Source: Halocafeteria seosinensis (Eukaryota). Taken from it: a stretch of DNA of 55,899 nt. This document shows, piece after piece, positions 46,501-55,112 of the stretch. The notes beneath the pieces were generated by a model. It made no database searches. It was not told where the DNA came from and worked only from the letters and a program-made list of their open reading frames with translations. The stretch is taken from assembly GCA_001687465.1 (NCBI GenBank), contig LVLI01000283.1, positions 1 through 55,899 on the forward strand. The letters are read 5' to 3'. The position numbers and the translations under genes are program-made. Within the stretch, counting starts at the first letter, position 1. Every line of letters begins with the position of its first letter.

Positions 46501-47255
46501 GCCAAAATACCTCCACATGATCCATCATTCATATCTCCATCCGAAAAAGATTGAGTGACATACACGTTTCCTCCCTGTGAACCAACATCGTCTCCACCAA
46601 TTCCCCCCGCCCGAGCGCCGGTCATCTTGCCTTCGGAAGAACAGAGTGTGATATTGAGGATTGTGCCACGGGATCCTGCGATGTATCCTACAATGCCTCC
46701 TGCTCGATACATGATCTTTCCAGAGGAATGACACTGCGAAATATGCACCACACCTGAATCCTTCCCGCACTCCCGGCCACAAATCCCCCCACCTCTTTCT
46801 TCGATGGTCCCGCTGGAGGTACATTTCAATAAATGAACGAACCTTTGGCCTTCCCTTACAATGAAGCCACCATCTGCTACTGTTTTCCCCTCTTTAGTGT
46901 GCACATTACGTATCAGCGGGATCTCATGGTATCGGTTTAAGTGCGGTACGTCAATCGCGAAGAGCCCACCAAACGCTTGGACAGGAGTGAGGTCAATCTC
47001 GTGGTCATGCCCGTTAAAAGTGTCGTTTTCATGCAGTACAATATGGTCATCGCTGCCGTACGGCCAAACAAAGCTGCAGTTCATGTAGAAATATTGCTGC
47101 TGTGGATTGTAACGGAAACACGGTTCCTGCCCGCTAAGAATCGATTCACGTAAGTTTGCAGCCCACACCCGAGAAACCGACATTGGCATCACAAGTGTAA
47201 GAATCCCCCACCATGCCATCGTTTTGCCATTCTTTTGCATGGTTAAAGTCGTCAT
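40551..47255 (-). CDS. GLUG-like repeat multi-pass surface receptor paralogue B, 2234 aa, intronless
   Basis: Signal peptide, then two tandem modules of 7 GGIxG repeats each, a Ser/Thr stalk, Ig-like segments, Cys-rich CxxCxxG repeats, about 9 hydrophobic helices, and a tail with NPLF, NPLF and NPIG. Confidence 0.85.
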   Translation of the reverse strand: MTTLTMQKNGKTMAWWGILTLVMPMSVSRVWAANLRESILSGQEPCFRYNPQQQYFYMNCSFVWPYGSDDHIVLHENDTFNGHDHEIDLTPVQAFGGLFAIDVPHLNRYHEIPLIRNVHTKEGKTVADGGFIVREGQRFVHLLKCTSSGTIEERGGGICGRECGKDSGVVHISQCHSSGKIMYRAGGIVGYIAGSRGTILNITLCSSEGKMTGARAGGIGGDDVGSQGGNVYVTQSFSDGDMNDGSCGGILAGSSGVVYVWQCFSRGGIHYEESGGIVGKGGTHEDGWLYVVDCYSRGKIGKGITQEHCGGICGHMTGAQGGHAILRNAYSYGDTNFASGGIIGGIANGAKLVRVEYSVYDGDQLVSNSDDPDGEFIRIGNTGNIAEISGALYSVDGTLRWSPDTWFVDPEASPAPLPDSLPVLRVEKDGNLPSSTIFSIGDRRHKIATGAVPCIEYNANARLFQMTCGFRWTDVFNVSDFIVLKANEVFDGNGYIIDLMDIEKFAGVFKINIIGINSINQAPVIRRMRTFGSSTTAAGGFIVRQYEKYFVVDSCSSTGAITGDGSGGIVGQGVASEGDAMVNNSFSQGDIRGQRAGGIGGQWSGIGGRLTVTNSFSEGVIGGEGSGGIVGGDSGVRGRITITRCHSNGGISEEHGGGIAGVAYAAEGKGWIYQSYSCGNIRSRHCGGICGASTGGLSGEVVIHDSYTTGSIDGDRAGGICGDNLGYNKGFVSIDSTYAAGKVDVEKGAAGLVGGIGNDGSFIVRYSVYSSPIVPYGEDYQEVGTSRNFSKITGQLYTYNGVQQWEEDFWEVNGTGALPVLRFQLGGSTHLTVPSVTPTPTITSSPTSTATHSVTETPSSSWSASPSVTSTVTSSVSSTLSVTPSHTPSLSATRSSSQTPSTTGTATPTSSATPTVPQIPFDVEPKSISMTHSRLYGEHDGNVSADVSLKVEGGVWVEWKVASPSARSFVQTPAKRQYSGQALRWVVTAMEVDTCRAPRGISESTVQLNFTSYDDYGSLLSSYEFDLNLTVTIREAEATILAPSVSVSRSKTESPFVRNLRVQNRGNLEMQWNVTLDDCGDCAADETSWLQFPSYGSIPPKSDSDLQIKFIPGNAAGLGVFRRRLLLETDAKVVQLTARDCFPVHHSSRVEICIEFTVSSVFVCKMPFGTVAIPPIQTRKVGYTVVNTEFNAVFVSLATFVLRSLNKSKIENVSPLERFRVLLEPPTHQGVMHLSPWLTVTPAEFHLEPGTSKEVQFAVTYTSSSLPIRGDNDHVAAALIPGNYALDFTINTLSTNNGLLGGTSGAVNASFSFANVPGVAEASTSDVLLSTHNATIGDLVTANIRLFDLFGYSPAQAILSAHGNRVHGVLATKEERLPTLQVSLSSEGGVSIQPSLVAMDGNIVSSLEFNMTLTKVGTVVVDVHLDRRRVDKRVLVVRNLVCQGHHEVAVVPSRSCRCTAGYFRNSAESCAPCPPGRFTVSHTNNEYCESCPKGSFSESGSSACWTCRGEGFSCSGGVLRMKSGYWCEVCASGSDSFPRDTVVSKIIKSDRIVFHECQSSSACIVEPHSFRTNCSEGYRGPLCSACEEGNVKGSDGFCTRCGDSSENVAIAAIVFLSILTALILLAWKSHKQAQRIALTDNLNASSQTQGNNWPSKAIDSFFHVLSSVQDRKILQHWTIMALDFFQINAAIYGMHISPFRGRASWFGGVAEASTMNPGRASFVQCLTDASTVSILMLSLATPAVAVFLCFAIQGIVSYALQQMDRRNSFRSVYLEASLRSIVLILNLLHMSVADATFKVFDIYENKIYSVSRLSSDLTVRTDSSQYQKLKGLGIASLTVFVFGYPILLAMYYTWKWSRAKSRHDVLSFLDLSGGYRLQNYGFLWDNLMILRKATLIAISIWVQSAVAQLVTATIGLLLSFIVFRAIAPYRSVWLLGLQACFIFVAILNCCLGMLLYAHSTAQDVYRREEHLLTRVLLQRITTGLQILSLVTTFIALLCVTPTAFRVVRRMIARKAPGILKKNWNQLSSEGIATGAPRRRLNQPKFRFQGTFRAKAQKAPRRAERHDDEMTHSSVVNPLFQSENNGNRIGLEVASDKANAKGCWDGPRSEVSTDNPLFLYEFETAESAIRKEEQIDSSATHTGVGNPIGKIQTPADQTQRFILASQSTNTHTSSQLMGFSKIIEFPHDHHEPSHREWQPESTQQAFAEDHTGRRQYRPHRARRSRRLRHFRRASQ

Positions 47256-47539
47256 TATCTTGTAGAGAGGCTACTTCCTGTCCCGCCGCCTCGCTTTTTA
47301 CTGCCCAGCTGCTGCGCCGTTTCACGCGATCAACACTTCTTTGGTGATTTCTGCATACGATGATCCAACATCCAGTAGTGTCCGCTCCTTGGGATGAACG
47401 AATTTTGCTATACGAAGGTACTCATGGGACTCTCCACAAGAATCTAAAGAACACCAGAGAACACTTGCTCCACTTCCCTTAAAATCAAACTATTACCCAC
47501 TCTTGGAGAGGTTTTCCGCTATAGGTGCCACAGTCACAG

Positions 47540-48720
47540 TTAGGTCAGGATGGAAAGGACTGTGCAATTTTGATACCACGCGTTGAATGTTCATGGATCG
47601 GCGATCGAGATCAGTACCACTACAGGCACGCTCCCACCGTACTTCTGGTACAAGGGATGCTTCCCGTTGTCACTTGGGTGATACGAAAATAGGTCAGCAA
47701 CAAACTCGGCCAAGTACCCTCGTATGGAACACGCTCTTCTACGAAGCAGTGACTGGACTGTAAGAAGGAGTCCAAGAAGTTGGCAAGAAGTTCAGCGGCT
47801 TCAGCCTGGGAGTTACGGTGTGAACCACTACAGTCGCACGCAGCGACGATATAGTACAGTGCACGGACAGCTAGAACTCTAACTGCGTGAACAATATCAG
47901 AGGAGACCAGTTGAATGCAACGATTGTTGGTATTGTCGTAACACAGTGCAGTGTTCATTCTGGTCAGAAATTCAATGGTTCGGAGGGCCGCAAAAACAGT
48001 TTACCACGTAAGTATAACATGCAGCATTGGTTTCCATGTTACATGTCACCACGTCCACCGACAAAGTTGGTCGAAGGCAGAGCTAAATTTCTCAACGGTC
48101 AAAAACATCAAACTCCTGAAACGCATGCCAGACTGCACTCTCCACGCAAGCCTTGTTCGGATCAACCACTCCGTGCAAACCTACTGGTACATGGTTGCAA
48201 CGGGGGACAAATTGTCTAGAGACCCTGGACGTATCTTGAGGGCTTTTCCTCCTCAACACAAACTAGGCCGGTAGGCCATAAATAATACACACTACTACAC
48301 AAACGGTTAGGATACAAAACGTATGGATGCCCATGTATGGATGCGGTTAGGAGCAACTTACCTGGTTCCTTCCGAACCCTCCTTTGAACAAGATACGGAT
48401 ATCTGAGGGACCTTGACACGGAAATTGTTCCGTTAGTGATGGAGGCGACGGATGCGATCAAAGTCGTACAGAGGATTACCAGGAAAGTACCGCGCTCTTG
48501 CTGGGGAACACGGAGACGCCGAACTTGCCTAAGGTTAAGCCCCTGAAACCTCAACAAGCAAGGTATATGCAATATTAAATCTTTAACAACGGACACTGTA
48601 TCCCTGAGGACCGGTGTACTATATGGAAGCTTCATGTCAATTCCCATACTCCGGGATGAGTCGTTCGGTGGCGGCCACTGGAGGACATGACCCTTTATAC
48701 AGAATCTTCGATCGGAGGTT
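47540..48720 (+). mobile_element. Decayed non-LTR retrotransposon reverse transcriptase relic
   Basis: Broken frames give HGSAIEISTTTGTLPPYF, GQQQTRPSTLVWNTLFYE, TTTVARSDDIVQCTDS (SDDIVQ at 47842-47859; YADD-like), HSGQKFN, YGYL and VLYGS, in LINE RT order. Confidence 0.45.
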
Positions 48721-49828
48721 CTCAAGCAACGGGAGTGACGTACGCAGGTGCAGCAAATACACGGACAGGTGGTGATGCGGAAGAGCTCACAAACCTATTG
48801 AGGAGCAGGTCCCGTTCAAGAGCATGTATTGTATGAGCGAACGCTTTACGCGAAGCACGAGGAGGGTATCGCATATGACTGCAACAACTTAGAAGTGCAC
48901 TTACTTTTGTTACGTTCTTCCCGGTAGGATATTTGGCAACGCTTCTACTCCACAACAAAGCACAGCAGCGCACCCAGAATGCGCTACTATTAACTTATAT
49001 TGCTTTAGCGTTGCTATTTTCGTGCTTGTGTCGGACACTATCCGCGGTTTGGGGTCGTTTGATGCGTGTTCATGACCCTGGCCCGGAATGGTCTCGAGTT
49101 GCTTCCTTCCGCACCTTGCCCTACCAGTATTATATGAAGCGGCGATTCGGTTTCCTAGGTTCAGCTGGCGCTTATCACTTGATACGAATGCAGAAGTGCT
49201 TGTCTAAATCCCTTTTGCATGGGAGGTGCATTTTACATATCGTACGAGGTACTAAACGTCTGTGCGATTCGCTGACGAACCACGAAGCAGCGTTACTGGC
49301 ACAATACAAATACACATCGCTAAGTAGTTCATGGGCTACAAAATATCTATGGATTCCAGTACTGGTCGGATCACTCCTACACTATCCATTTGATATAATA
49401 CACAATTGATACACTGTACTTCCTCAGTCAACCAAGTCCGTTGGATTTCTTCGATTGTTATGCTCTCACGGCAGATCAAGCCAGCACGGTGGCTGGCAGC
49501 GCCCTATGCACACTCTCCCTGAGTTATCCCACTTGTAATGGACAAAGAAATACGACTTGGTCTCCACATGTCAAACGGAACCCTTTCCCCACTTCTCGGG
49601 ATACTGTATCCAGTTTAAAACAAATATTTCTCATTGACTTCCCGCTCACTTGACGACGACCAAGCCTTCGTGTAGTACACTGTACTGTACAGCAGTACCA
49701 TACTCTCCCAGTAAATTACGCCGCTCCTCAATGCTTTCCCACTGGACCACACTTGGTCACTGAAGAGTCCGCCCATCATCTAGCACTCATCGTAGATTAC
49801 GCCAACATGCTTATCCGGTTTGCCTGTG

Positions 49829-52800
49829 TCACTCTGTGATGCAGTCTCTATGAAAAAGCTGGAGCAGGAGCAAAGCCTTGACGAACGTCTGACTTGGAAA
49901 GCTAATCAACACTGGATCAACCGGAGAAGAGCAGAGTGCAGCTAAGTAGGTATCCCTGGAAACAGTTGTCTTGAAACGTCGACGTAACACAGTGTTCATT
50001 TCGTCTAATACCGCAAAACTGCTTATGTAAGTATAGTATGCAACATTGGTCTCCGCGTTGTATTTCACTACTCCTACCACGTCCACCGATGAGTTTGTCG
50101 ATGGAATCTTCTCGACGGTCAAAACATTATCTCCTGAAAGGCGTGCCTAGCTGTACTCTTCTGTTCGGATCCACCAAGCCATGCAAAACTACATGCTTTC
50201 TTCCTCTATTGATTCCTCATCGAAGTCACTGCCAATATCGGGAGTACCTTCTTCACCAGTCGCTGCGCTCTGTTCCGTTGCCGCTCTATCCCGCCTGGGG
50301 GCATCGGCAGAAGTGGAACTTTCTTCTTCCGATAGGTGTCGACGATGTATGTCCTGCTCAATACTTGCCGCCTCAATGTTGTATGGACTACCACCGGAAG
50401 AATTCTCCAATCTCTCCGTCCTCGAATGAGCAACATGTCCAGAACCATGATCCCCATTTTCTCCCTTTTCCATGTTTGTACTTCCCTCTAACTCTTCCAC
50501 GCCTGTCTCCTCTTCGTGCTGGCTATCCTCAGCACCTACTTGTACCTCCTCATATGCGCTTTCTGAGCCGGAATCACTGGCACCTTCATCAGATTCTGAT
50601 CGTCCAATGCCATGTGTACCAGTGTTTAATTGCGATCTGCACAGGTTTATCTTGCGAAAGAATGCGTCATACTCTTCTGCTTGGGGTATAGTAGTGCTCT
50701 GCCGTAACGTCTCGGCGATACTGGTAACAGTCTTCTCCCATTCCTTTCCTTCATGGCTGAGTGACGTTTGAGAAAGTGCCTGCTTGAGGTCCCTTCGCGA
50801 CAAGGTAGGGAAGGTAGACTCGCCTTTAACAGCTCCATAAGCGTCCTTTTTTGAAACCCCGCTCTGTCGCAGGACGCGTGAGAGTTCTGACTCGGCTTTG
50901 CCGCTCATTTCGTTCACCTTGCTCGACAATGTATCACTGCTATGTTGCCATAGAGGATGAAGATACGGTGATTCAGCAATAGTTGAGCCGAGCCTGCTGC
51001 CTAACTGCTCCAACTTGTTTAACCGTCCTTGAAACTCCGTATGTATTCCTAATTCCTCTATCACATGTACCAGTTTCGACACTTGTCCCTGTATATTTGC
51101 TGATCCGATGGTAGATCCGAGAACCTTCAGGTCTGGATTATCCGAATAAGTACCTTTGGCTCGACTCCCCACAGAGTTTATTAGATGCTCCACGTCGTCA
51201 TCGCTCAAAGGCTCACACAAACGAGCCAAGGGACGATGCCAAAAGAAATCAGCTTCCTCCGTCGAAACATCACTATAAAAAGTGCATGTTTGGTGATTTA
51301 TAATTTGAGTGCTTAATTTCCGGGCAACGACTGGATCCATCCCTAACAAAAATATATTTGCTGTCAAGTCGGGACATAAGTCCTCGGCGAGTAAACTCTC
51401 CGCCCTTTCTATCATGGTATCGGGCGAAATGGAGATAAGCCCCCTGCTCGACTTCTGATGATTGAGAGTGGTTCGCGCAAGAGGTACTACCAAATTCCAT
51501 TCCGGGGGTATGCGTACTTCTATAGTCCCCTGCTTTCCCTCTTTGACCTCGGTCTCAGCTGGTAATTTGTCCATCCACTCTTTCTTTCCATTTCTCTGCA
51601 GAATATTGTAAGATTTACGGCACCTCTGATGAAGCTTCTTTGCATACGACAACAGTTTCGTCCTTCCGGATAGCTCTGTTTCACATGCATCTTTCGAATT
51701 TAGATCTAGTATCGTCCAATATCCGCTTCCTTTGTAGCAGAGCGAGCTATCATGTGGCAGACGTTTCCATTGGGTACCGAACTTGAATACCTCTTGCTTC
51801 GATTTTGTTGTAGAGCGTTTCGGCTTGGTTCTCGGTATTGATTTCCACGCACCGAACACCTTTTGCAGTTTCGTGTTCTCATAAAATGTAGTTGCTTTCT
51901 CATGCTGATCCGTCGTTGGCTCAGGAAACTGCCGCACCGATTCTTCTGGGGTTACCTGTGGTGGCAGGGACACTTCCACAGGACGAGCTGGCCCCTGTGG
52001 GACACGCTGTTGCTCCAGTAGCTTCCTCAGTTCATCTATTTGAGCCTGTAGTTGATACTTCCATTGCATGTCTTCTTCCCCACCAGCGGGTTGATCTGTC
52101 TGTATTCCAGTTTCGACCATAGGTTCATCGGATTGCAACCGGCCGGCCTGGGACGCTTTCATTGAGTAGTCCAGTGCCCTGTTAGCGAGTTCGGTAGCGT
52201 TTCGTGTGTCTGCTTCGACATTTGCAATCCTTGAATCTGTGGCAAATAGACAGAGAGAAAATGCACATGAAACGTGGTCTCGAACACTCTGTTGTATGAT
52301 GCACGATCTTACTCATAGCGCGAAGTTTCTCAAGGACGTCTTCCACCGCTTGACGCTGATGCTCTTGCAGCGAAGTCACTGAGTTTATGTTATCTCTCAC
52401 GTCCTTCATAAAATGATCCGTTCGTGAGTAAAATAGTTCTCGATCCTCTTTCATATGTCGTTTTAATTCTTCCAATTGGGAGTCCGACACGCCTGTATGA
52501 GGTTGCGATGGCTGTCGACTGCTGTAGGATTTCATGGCTTCGGCAATTTCCTGCAACTGCGAATAGATTTTCTCCTGGTGACGCTGCAGCATTCTGATTG
52601 TCTCATTGTTGTCGTCGTGTTTCTGTTCCGGCTCTGCAGCTGTCAGTGCTTGTTGCGGCTCAATTGTCGTGGCTTTATCCTTGAGAGCTCTTTGCTTTTC
52701 CAGCTCTTGTTGGCGTCGTCTCTTTCTGGCTTCTTTCCTCATTTCCAATTGGAGATAGGACACTAGTGCCCGATATCCTTTGACCGTCCTTTCAGCGCGG

Positions 52801-53208
52801 GCAAGTTTTTTCTCATGTTGTTCGTGTTTCTTCACTATCCTCCGTTGTTTCTTCTGGGTTGCCATTTGTAACTCCTGGAGCCTTCGCTTTTTCTCCCGTA
52901 TACGAGCTTGCATGGCATCTTGCTGCTCAATTTGCTTGCGCACGTAGATTTGGGACATAGACAACAACTTAGCCAAGAGTTTATCAGGGAGAACTTCCAC
53001 CTCATGCTCCTTCAATGGCGTGTACACAAGGTCCGGAAGAACCTCTTGTAAGCTCTGCAAGCACCCAACAGTCGTACACGTGTATATCTTCGCAAACCAT
53101 GGGAGTGGGAGCAGTACTTACGTCGATGTTCTGTTGATGTGCCACATGATGGGGATCTGGTAAAGACAGCTCCGTTAACGCCTCCCTGTCAGACCGCCTC
53201 CTGTCCAT
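49829..53208 (-). CDS. DZIP1/DZIP1L (Iguana)-like ciliary coiled-coil protein, 3-4 exons
   Basis: Spliced N-terminus LSLPDPHHVAHQQNIDSLQEVLPDLVYTPL...DKLLAKLLSMSQIYV resembles the Dzip-like_N domain and is followed by coiled coil. Introns 53121-53055 and 52312-52237 join the ORFs in frame. A putative GC-AG intron 50196-50134 adds the last exon; otherwise the stop is at 50189. Confidence 0.6.
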
Positions 53209-53989
53209 TATCCCCCAAGCCCCTCTATACAGCTGCTCAACCGGCGGAGAAAGTATACATAAACATGCTTATAAAAGTGGCAAAACAGACTGGAAGCAGT
53301 GTTTTAAACTATTACAACACAGCCTGCACAAACGAGTCTAGCCAAGCTGGCAGGCTGCAGCTAACGGTCTCGGCTTCACAACAGAGAGCCTCTGAGAGAG
53401 GAGACTTGGTAGTACCAAGTTGGTACTGGAGTGTGGAGTGAGTTTGCACGAGCATACGACAAAACTGTTGAAGGTCAGGGAAGCTCGAGCCTAAATCGCA
53501 GCTCTTCTTCAGAAATACCAAACAAACTGGGATAGAAAGTCTGCAGGAAACCATGGTCCACGCGCCAATGGGCCCGTGCCTTGTGGTCCAAGATGTGGAA
53601 CTTTGCCAACACTGCCGAAGCAGCAACGCAAGTAGTGGAGCATGCACGCATGTAAAGTGTAAACGACCCTTTCTCTTGAATGCTGTACTGCATTAAGTGT
53701 ATTTCCATTTCGGTCGTGGGGTCTTTTGTGGTACAGTACTCGCAGAGATTCTTGTTCTTCCTCCAGTCGTAAGAGCCCAGAGACAGAGAGCCTTACTAAG
53801 GTGCATCCATTGTGAGTCACAATTGCATTAGTGAGACACAGACAGACGACAATGATCATCGATGGCTCTAGCATCCCACTCGTGAGACTGCGGCGCTGTT
53901 CTGCGCAACCGGGCTGTACACCACCGACCACAACTTTCACCGCCCTAGGCTACAACCGGTGGCTTCATTGAGCTTCCGTCGGACGACAA

Positions 53990-54830
53990 GGAGTAGTATC
54001 GATATCTTCACACCAATTCAACATTCATCGGCGAATCGTCGCACGCCACAAAGCACAGAAGAATATTCATTTGCAGTGGCGTGGCGGCAGGACTTCGAGC
54101 TTGTCGCACAGGCGAATTAGCTGTATTACTTTGTGCGTTTGATCCTGCAAAATCAACTTTTCCAAGTTTAGGAGATAAGTCAGCCACGCAATGTAACCTA
54201 CTTCCTTACATATCATCGTTTTTGTTATGTATAATCATTCATGAGCACCGTTCAGAGTTACAGTTTAGTNAGGTGTGTCCGTAACCTCAAACTGTTGTGT
54301 GCGTGCAACCAGCGTCCGAGCGTGGCAGACTTCCCTTCGTCTTCCGAGACAGAGCCCCCCCCCGATAGGCTGTACAGCAGGCATAAGTATACATTTGGCA
54401 GCTACTTATCTTAGGACCAAGCAACTCGTTGCACGCAACAATGAACTAGCCAAGTTGGTCCAAATGGTTGTGTGAACGACATTGTGGTTCACACCGGGTT
54501 CAAGGGTGAGGTAGACAGAAGGGGATTCGTCAGGGGAGAGGAGCGCCTCTTAGAGTTGCCCGCACTGTCTGCAGACTGCAGTTTGTTATAAGGACAATGT
54601 ATTGTAAGATTTAGTCCATGAGTGAAACTGCGTTGAGCTGTATGTGTGTTCATCTGTTCGCACGTTGTCTGGAGCACATTGTTATTCTATTCTGTGGTTA
54701 TTCAATTTGTCCACATTTTCTTTCCCCGGTCTTTCACCCCAACCCCAGTACAAGAACATCGAACCACAGTGGATCTGTGCGAAAGAAGTAGGTACGTCTA
54801 CGTGTATCTAGATCCAATAAATTGTGATCG
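53990..54830 (+). mobile_element. Decayed non-LTR retrotransposon reverse transcriptase relic
   Basis: In order across frameshifts: SSHQF, QSTEEYSFAV, LAVLLCAFDPAKSTF (cf. DxxKAFD), QKGIRQG (GIRQG at 54522-54536), HLFA...HIVIL, NHSG, YVYLD. Contains an ambiguous base N at 54270. Confidence 0.45.
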
Positions 54831-55112
54831 AGTTCTTAACCGTATTTAAAGAAGAAGAGGGCTATCACTCGGTGCAGCAGCCCATATGGCCTGAGACCTA
54901 GCGAGTCGGTGGCGACTCCCAGCGAACCAGAGGTCATTCGGTTTCCTGATGGGAGTGAACTAGGGTCCTACAAGAACCAACGTGAACTATAGCATTTGTA
55001 TTACCTCGCGCTACCACCAACATTTACCGTCATCCTGTTGGTACCGGCACTCCTGCAGATTGATTGCATTGTTTTTCTGGAGCAAACAAGTGGACGAGCA
55101 ACAGGGGTTACA

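Noticed and set aside
53312..53940. Three overlapping minus-strand ORFs upstream of the DZIP1-like gene
   Set aside because: No recognisable motif or consistent splice model; may be decayed sequence but cannot be supported.
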